From Leucoraja ocellata (taxonomy: Eukaryota): DNA of 58,844 nt. This document shows, piece after piece, positions 51,557 to 58,844 of the stretch. The number at the start of each line of letters is the position of its first letter. The stretch's first letter is position 1. The stretch spans positions 1 through 58,844 of the forward strand of contig JAWMAR010004161.1 of assembly GCA_036785375.1 (NCBI GenBank), given 5' to 3'. The translations under genes and the position numbers were made by a program. A model generated the notes under the pieces. The model was not told the DNA's origin and ran no database searches. It saw only the letters and a list, made by a program, of their open reading frames with translations.

Positions 51557-51730
51557 TGTTTAAGAAGGAACTGCAGATGCTGGAAAATCGAAGGTACACA
51601 AAAATGCTGGAGAAACTCAGCGGGTGCAGCAGCATCTATGGAGCGAAGGAAATAGGCAACGTTTCGTTGCCTATTTCCTTCGCTCCATAGATGCTGCTGC
51701 ACCCGCTGAGTTTCTCCAGCATTTTTGTGT
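51557..51730 (-). mobile_element. Fold-back Penelope-derived short insertion
   Basis: About 65-bp perfect inverted arms around GTTTC; 14-bp TSD GCCTAAATACAGGG. Confidence 0.88.
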
Positions 51731-51854
51731 GCCTAAATACAGGGGAATCTTATATCTTCACCTTGTTGTGGGTGAATTCTTATGGAGTTCAAACGACCAA
51801 AGATTGTACTTGAGTTTAAGAGAAAAGATCTCAGTCGCCCCGAGGAACTTGCTA

Positions 51855-52049
51855 ATGCCCCTGTCCCACTTAGGAAACCTGATGGGAAACCTCTGGAGAC
51901 TTTGCGCCCCACGCAAGGTTTCCATGAGGTTCCCGGAGGTTGCAGGTAGGGAGACTGACAAAAACCTCCGGGAACCGCACGGAAACCTTGGGTGGGGCGC
52001 AAAGTCTCCAGAGGTTTCCGTTCAGGTTTCCTAAGTGGGACAGGGGCAT
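51855..52049. mobile_element. MITE with long TIRs (same CCTGTCCCACTT terminus as 27392-27630)
   Basis: ATGCCCCTGTCCCACTTAGGAAACCTGA / TCAGGTTTCCTAAGTGGGACAGGGGCAT; TA or TWA flanks. Confidence 0.88.
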
Positions 52050-52691
52050 TAGGTACACACTCTTCAATATCCGTTTGCAACTCTCTCACCTAGCATTATA
52101 ATATTGCACGGCAGACTCTATACAACCAAACTGTGTAATCCAGATGGGGGTGACCTCAACGCCACCTTTACTTCCACAGTAACTCAACCAAGCTCTGAAA
52201 CCTTCACCTCCCCCTTGAGAACTAATGAAATAGGCAACATTTGTGGTGGTTGAGCTTCATTCCAGCAAGTATCTGAACGAGCCTCATCGTGACCATTTTA
52301 AGACATTTTAGCCCTAGGTATGTGTAGGAAGGAACTGCAGATGCTGGTTTAAACCGATGATAGATACAAAAGGCTGGAATAACTCATCGGGTCAGACAGC
52401 ATCTACACTTCTACAGCATCTTAGATTTGTCCCAGTGGCTCAGTCTTCCTTCAACCTGTGACTGGGGAACACAGTTAGCATGGAGGCCCTCCAATTTATC
52501 TCCATTCCTCTTTATCTATTTTTTTCTTCCATCCTCTCTTTCGCTTCTGCTTCTTCTCTCACCTTCTCCTTTCTCTCTTCTGCTTCTCTCCTCTGTATGG
52601 AATGCTTGCATTTTATAAGGATTAGGCTGACGAGGTTCTGGTGGCTATTTGATGTCAGCTAAAAACGATTATCAGATATATTATCATAGTA

Positions 52692-54955
52692 TGTTTGCGA
52701 CAATGGTGTCTACATTTTATGGTAAATCCTTTATGCAGTTGTTTATCTGAGGCAATACACTTCTTATTGTTAATTTATGTTATTTTAACATCCCCATGGG
52801 GATAGTAATATTGCAACATAATTGAGGTAATGTATTTAAATAAGATAACAGATTACATCTGTCAGTGCAAATTGGAGGAACAGCACTTAGGCAGTTTAGG
52901 TATGAATATTAACGTCTCTAACTTCAAGTAACCCTTGCTTTCCCTCTTTCTCCATCCCTCCCTCTTCTTAGTTCTCTGAGCACTCTGACTATCCCCCGAT
53001 TAAATGTTCTCTCTGCATTCTTATTTTCACCTTCTCCTAGCTAACAATCTATTCTACATTTTCCTTGACTCTCATTTCCTTTGATGTCTTATTTTCACAC
53101 CTAACCCTTCCTTATCTCTGTGTCTCCCTCTCCCCTGACGCTCAGTCTGAAGGTCTCGACCTGAAACATCACTCATTCTTTCTATCCAGAGATGCTGCAT
53201 GTCCCACTGAGTTACTCCAGCATTTTGTGACTATCTTTGGTGTAAACTAGCATCTGCAGCTCCTTCCCACACAAGCTGCTCCTTAACTTGGATATTACAG
53301 TTCTCAGACTCCTATACCTCCTCAATGGCAGAAGAGGCATGAGAGCATGGCCAGGGTGGGGTGGATGATGCTAGTTGTTTTTTTGATGCAGAACCTCCCA
53401 TAGATCTCTTCAATGATGGGGAGCTGGGAACCGAGCAAATGTGACGGACCAGGCATTCACCACTCTTTATAATCTCCTTCATTCCTATATGTTCCAATTG
53501 CTGAACCAGACATCAAGCAACCAGTCAATATGCTCTCTGCTGTACAATGTAGATGTTCAAGAGCATATTCGTTGACAATCTTCTTAGGAAGTAGAGGCAT
53601 CGATGGGCTTTCTTTGTTGATTGCATCAATGTATGGGTTCCAGGACCGATCTTCAAATATATAGATGCCCAGGAACTTGAAGATTCTCTACCACAAAGAC
53701 AGGTTTTTTCTGTTAAAAATAAATTCAAATAGTATCAATGATAGAATAATGATTTGCCCTTTATCTAATACAGACTTGTAAAACATTAAATGCTCATTGG
53801 CCTGGCAAGAAATAAACCTTCCATAACCTTTATTTTATAGCACATGTCCAATGTGAATTCATATATTTAGCATTGTCGTAATTATCCTAAATTGCTTCAG
53901 CAAAGGGCATTTTACTGGAAACAGCAAACATAAACTATCAAGATATGAAGCTGTCAGTTATGTGAACATAACTTTGATCTCTTCTCCACTGCATATCTGG
54001 GTCACAATTCAAGGATATCTGCAACTCACTGCCCAGAGGTATGAAAGAACCAGAAACTCTTACCGCATTTCAACAAACATGGATTTTGACTTGAAGAGCG
54101 GTAAGCTGCAGGGCCTTGGGTCTGGTGTTGATTCAACAGTGAAATTTGTTTTTGAGCAGCACGGATTCTAAGAGGCAAATGTCCTCTTTCTGCGTCACAG
54201 ATTGATTTATCGCAAATTTAAAGTCCCAGATTTCTTGCTGCAATACTTTGTACTGTTTTAAGGATCGCACTGATTTGAAATGCTGTATTAATTTGAGCCT
54301 TTTTACTAAAAAGGTTTCCCTGGTTACATGGGCTTGTGGGAGCTGCGTCTGATAACACTGTAATTTCAACTTGTTTCATTTATTATTAGTTTGAGGTATT
54401 TCACAAATCTGTATCAATTACAGCTGCTCTAAAACCACTAATGGTTTAACGTGCTGTAATAATTTGACAGCTTTATTAATTTAGTTCCTAACTCCATCGG
54501 GACAATCATACCTCTTCATTAATTAGTTGAACAGCCGCAAATTAGAAAAGACTATTACTTCCCAATGTCCACCAGTCCAGCCCTGAGTTATCACACTAGC
54601 GTTAACACAGCACGGGTATTTCCAAAACAAGGCAAGATTATTTGAAGGATTCTATCCTGCTCAAAGGAACAGGGCCATTGTTGGAAGAATATACTTTCTA
54701 ATTTTCATGAGATCAGAATTGGCCCGTCCATGGAACTTTACAAATCAACATCAGAAATGAAAATCGTCTGTTTTTGTAGGAATTTCTGATGTAATCTGTT
54801 TCCTTATTTAAAGACACAACCTCAATTATGTTGCAACCTTAATGTCCCCATGGAGATCTTAAAAGAGTATAAATTAAAAATAGGAAGTGTATTGCCTCAG
54901 ATTAACAACTGCATAAAAGGTTAACCAGAAAATACAGACACCGCTGTAGCAAAAA
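52692..54955. repeat. Gapless 168-bp diverged inverted repeat pair (52692-52859 / 54788-54955)
   Basis: Manual alignment, e.g. ATGCAGTTGTTTATCTGAGGCAATACACTTC against the reverse complement of GAAGTGTATTGCCTCAGATTAACAACTGCAT. Confidence 0.85.
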
Positions 54956-54973
54956 TCCCTTGGTTAATTATTA

Positions 54974-55067
54974 GGTAGACAAAAATGCTGGAGAAACTCA
55001 GCGGGTGAGGCAGCATCTATGGAGTGAAGGAAATAGGCAATGTTTCGGGTCGAGACCCTTCTTCAGA
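54974..55067 (-). mobile_element. Short hammerhead-core Penelope-derived insertion
   Basis: Flanked by direct repeat CCTTGGTTAA; reverse strand GGTCTGAAGAAGGGTCTCGACCCGAAACATTGCCTA. Confidence 0.8.
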
Positions 55068-55784
55068 CCTTGGTTAAATACCTTGTTAATTATTGCACAA
55101 TGTAAGTGACACTTGCTTTTTTTTAATTGTTAAAATCTGTATACAAAATAATCTTTAGTTATAGTCTCAGACAGATAATATTACTGATACGGTTCTGGTG
55201 GTGACCAAGTGTATTTGATCCATAATTTAAAGATTCTTGCTCAGTTTCTTTGCTTGCAGTTAATTTAATGGTGATTGTGATCTTGTCCTGGGTGGACTCT
55301 TCACCATATCTCTTTTGTTATTGGTGACAGCAGTAGATTTATTAGCCAGTGTCTCTGTGTTCATAACGATATCTATGGGTTATTATTAGTTTTCCGGATC
55401 AGTCCTCCAATCCGCCCCATAAGCTGCCGTCTCTATCATTTTCTATCAACTTGGCTGAATACAAAGTGTTGCAATAAGAAATCTGTGACTTTTTGTGATT
55501 TGTGATGAATCAAATTGTGGCGCAGAAGGAAATCATTTGCCCCATAGCACACGTGCTGGTCAAAAACAAGCCGTGCAGTCTAATCAGCATCAGATCCGTG
55601 GGCCTGCAGGTCATGGCTCTTCAAGTAGACAAGTTCTGTTAAAATGTGCAGAGAGTTTTTTGGTTCTCTCCTCCATCTGAGCAGTGAGTTCAGAGAGATG
55701 GGAGAACCAATTCCATCACCATCACCCTTTAGGTAAACAAAAAATCCTCATCTCCCCTCTAATCCATCCTCCAATTACTTTAAA

Positions 55785-56140
55785 GGTAGACACAAAATGC
55801 TGGAGTAACTTAGCGCGTGAGGCATCTTCTCTGGAGAGAAGGAATGGGCGATGTTTCGGGTCGAGACCCCTCTTCAGACTGATGTCAGGGGAGGGGGCAC
55901 GCCAAAGATAGAATGTAGGTGGAGTCAGTAAGACTAGTGGGAGAACTGGGAAAGGGAAGGGAATGGAGAGAAAATGGAAGGGCTATCTGAAATCAATGTT
56001 CATATCGCTGGGGTGTAAACAACCCAAGCGAAATATGAGGTGCTGTTCCTCCAATTTGTGTTTGGCCTCACTCTGACAATGGAGGAGGCCTAGGACAGAA
56101 AAGTCAGATTGGGAATGGGAGGGGGAATTGAAGTGCTGAA
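55785..56140 (-). mobile_element. Penelope-like 3' fragment
   Basis: QHFNSPSHSQSDFSVLGLLHCQSEAKHKLEEQHLIFRLG plus terminal repeat. Confidence 0.85.
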
Positions 56141-57135
56141 TCCTGAATGTTGACAAAACAAAGGAGGTCATCGTTGAATTCAGGAGAAACCGGCACAGTC
56201 ACACACCACTACACATTAATGACATTGATGTGGAGTTGGTCAATAACACTAAGTTCCTGGGGGTGCAGATCACGAACAGTCTGACCTGGTCACAAAACAT
56301 CACATCACTAGTTAAGAGTACGCAGCAGCATTTGCACTTTCTGTGCCGGATGAGAAGAGCTCACCTCCCCCATCCAGTCCTCACCACTTTCTATAGGGGC
56401 ACCATAGAGAGCATTTTGACCAGCTGCATCTCTGTCTGGTTTGGGGACTGCAAAACCTCCGACTGGAAGTCCGTGCAGAGAGTGGTGAGGACGGCTGAAA
56501 ATATAATCGGGACTTCTCTTCCTTCAATCCGGGACATTGCGTGCAAGCGTTGCTTGTCCAAGGCCAACAGCATTATAAAAGACCCCACACATCTCCATCA
56601 TGGACTGTTCACTCTGCTGCCCTCGGGCAAAAGGCATTGCAGACGAGAGACGGAGAGAGAAAACACTTTTTCTCACAGAGAGTGGTGAGCCTGTGGAATT
56701 CTCTGCCTCAGAGGGCAGTGGAGGCGGGTTCTCTGGATGCTTTCAAGGGAGAGCTAGATAGGGCTCTTAAAAATAGCGGAGTCAGGGGATATGGGGAGAA
56801 GGCAGGAATGGGGTACTGATTGGGGATGATCAACCATGATCACATTGAATGGGCCGAATGGCCTACTCCTGCACCTATTGTCTATTGTATATGGAGCAGA
56901 ACAGCCAGGTTTTGCAACAGCTTCTTCCCCCCGAGCCATCAGACTCTTGAATTCCATATCATGTGCTGCCACTATTATCTATTTTATCTATTTTATCTTT
57001 TTATCTATTTTATCTATTTATCCATTTTATCCCTTTGTTGTTTTATGTTGCACGGTGAGCCGGATACAACAAAATTTCGTTCAGACTTGCATTTGTTGGT
57101 GTATTTTTGAATGACAATAAAGTCGTTGATTGATT
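56140..57135 (+). mobile_element. Rex1/Babar-type LINE fragment interrupted by a CR1 3' end (about 56645-56890)
   Basis: LNVDKTKEVIVEFRR..FYRGTIESILTSCISVWFG..LPSGKR, then FFSQRVVSLWNSLPQ insert, then SRTARFCNSFFP resumes. Confidence 0.88.
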
Positions 57136-57270
57136 GAGGAAGAGGATGAAGATGAAGATGACAATGAAGATGACAATGAAGATGAGAAAAAGAGGTGTGC
57201 CTCCCTACTATCTGTTTTCCCCTTTCGCAGGTTTCACGAACATTGAGCCACTTGAATAAACCAAAAACCA

Positions 57271-57290
57271 CCAGCGCCACCAGGTGGCCA
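57271..57290 (-). promoter_or_regulatory. Candidate CTCF site
   Basis: Reverse strand TGGCCACCTGGTGGCGCTGG closely matches the CTCF core consensus. Confidence 0.5.
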
Positions 57291-57335
57291 TGAGCAAAGA
57301 TACTAGAGGAGCTCCTCTAGTATCTTTGGTCATGG
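57288..57335. repeat. 48-bp palindrome with 34-bp perfect core
   Basis: CAAAGATACTAGAGGAG|CTCCTCTAGTATCTTTG. Confidence 0.95.
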
Positions 57336-57376
57336 GTGAGCTGCCTGGAAGAAGATCAGTTCAGTTTTATTTGTTA

Positions 57377-57826
57377 CTAGACCAAGTGCAGACCCGTTGG
57401 GGCTGCTCCCCCAATGCAGCCGTTCTCTACCTGTAGCCTCTATGGGAGACGTGGTCCTCGAACTCAAGCGGCTCAGGAATCAGCAGTGCGGCTGTTTTTA
57501 AATGGCGTCTTTGAGGCGAGATGCGGGTGGCAGCAGCCGTTATGGTCGCTGGCCAGCAGGAGGCGACAAAATGAGTGAGTTGGTGGGGGGGGGGGGGGGA
57601 GAAGGATTTTATTAAAAATGTGTACATAAACACGACGAAATTTAATGAGGAGTGGATACTTGGAATGAAAAGTGAAATCTCTACCGAAATTGAAAAAATC
57701 TCTGCGTTTCTGCGTGTGGTGTTGGCGTAGCAAACGAATCAAAGGCTAGCACCCACACACACATCCAGCCACAGAGTTTTAATATACAGATAGATATAGA
57801 AAGATAGATAGATATAGATAGATAGA
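57377..57826 (-). mobile_element. Probable non-autonomous Helitron
   Basis: Minus-strand 3' end has hairpin GCAG-CCCC-AAC-GGGT-CTGC then CTAG|T; 5' end lies in a (TCTA)n run. Confidence 0.6.
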
Positions 57827-57917
57827 TATGTAGGTTAACACAGGGTCAACGGTACAATGAAATGTGTTTGACAAGACAACGGGTCACCTCAGCAATGATA
57901 TTACAAGGATAAAATAC

Positions 57918-58767
57918 AGAGGCGGCGTGACTCTCGTCAGCAGCGGCCTCTGCAGCCCGTCTGCGTTTTTATTATTTTTTGTCTATTTTTCTATGTAGTT
58001 TTTGTTATTTTTTGTTGGGGTATGTGTGTGGGGAGGTGGGGTGGGGTGGGAGGGAGGGGGTAACTTTTAAATCTCTCCCTGCACGGGAGACCCGACCTTT
58101 CCTTGTCGGGTCTCCGTTGTCGTTGGGGCTGCAACGAGGAGCGACCTCCAACAGGAGAAGACCGGAGACTCTGGTGCCGACGACTCACCTCACCGTCGCG
58201 GAGCTGGCCGAGTCCGGAGCGGGTGGAGCGGTGGTGGAGCGCTGCTGCTGCTGCGGCCCGACCTCCGGAGATTCGGAGGCTGCAACTGCGGGTCTGGCGG
58301 ACGGCGGCACCGGGAGCCCGCGGGTCCCTGGAGGGAGACCGCTTTTCAGGGCTCTCGCAACGGCGACTTCTCCCGCCCGAGTTGCGGGGTCGAAGAGCTC
58401 CTGGAGCGGGGCCTGACATCACCGCCCCGCGCGGCTTGGAATGGCCGCGGGACTCTGCGAGCGCACGCCAGGGGCTCTAACACCAAGACCCGGTGTGCGA
58501 CCTCGCATAACCCGGCATGGCTTTAATGGCCGCGGGACAATCGCCATCGCCAGCCGGGGCTTTGACTTTGACTCTGACATCGGGGGGGGTAGAGTGCAGT
58601 GGAGAGATACGTTTTTTTGGCCTTCCATCACAGCGATGTGATGGATGTTTATGTAAATTATGTTGTGTCTTGGGTCTATTTGTTTGTAATGTATGGCTGC
58701 AGAAACGGCATTTCGTTTGGACCTCAAGGGGTCCAAATGACAATTAAATTGAATCTTGAATCTTGAA
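57918..58767 (+). mobile_element. CpG-rich non-coding retroposon with Rex1-type (CTTGAAT)n tail
   Basis: 3' end ATGACAATTAAATTGAATCTTGAATCTTG resembles the tail of 5625-6010. Confidence 0.55.
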
Positions 58768-58801
58768 AATAAGATACAAAAAGATAAGATAAAAGTGACA
58801 T

Positions 58802-58844
58802 TGGGTCTGAAGAAAAGGGTTTTGGCCTGAAACGTTGCCTATGT
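58802..58844 (+). ncRNA. Minimal hammerhead-like motif of a Penelope-derived element (cut by window edge)
   Basis: UGGGU-CUGAAGA-AAA-GGGU-UUUG-GCCU-GAAACGUU-GCCUA; stem I can pair UGGGU with GCCUA. Confidence 0.5.

Noticed and set aside
54133-54369. 78-aa minus-strand ORF resembling a helical cytokine terminal exon
   Set aside because: Purine-rich acceptor region, no partner exons and no recognisable motif.
55190-55466. Exon-like minus-strand stretch with KSPPRTRSQSP (hepadnavirus core-like) and an in-frame TGA
   Set aside because: Stops in all frames, motif too short, and no polymerase motif or SECIS evidence.
57979-58747. Several 100-145 aa ORFs on both strands
   Set aside because: Expected from high GC content inside a probable repeat; no domains or splice support.

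Overview
Eukaryotic genomic DNA from a vertebrate. The repeat content (HE1/V-SINEs, CR1, Rex1, L2 and Penelope-like elements) suggests a cartilaginous fish, probably a skate or ray; this is inference. The left 37.4 kb holds the first 23 coding exons of DEPDC5 (GATOR1 subunit) on the minus strand, from the ATG at 37405 down to 1247, and the gene continues beyond the left edge. Four consecutive exons (2245-6805) carry six single-base homopolymer indels that look like assembly errors. About 11.5 kb upstream, on the plus strand, is a compact two-exon candidate beta-defensin gene: TATA at 48920, signal-peptide exon 48981-49065, six-cysteine exon 50658-50833 and AATAAA at 50856. The rest is dense, often nested transposable-element sequence. 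It includes many short Penelope-derived insertions with a minimal hammerhead-ribozyme core, two fold-back versions of these, an internally deleted RTE element, MITEs, a non-autonomous Helitron, and a gapless inverted pair that looks like fossil coding sequence. Family assignments come from motif recognition, not database searches, and repeat boundaries are approximate.
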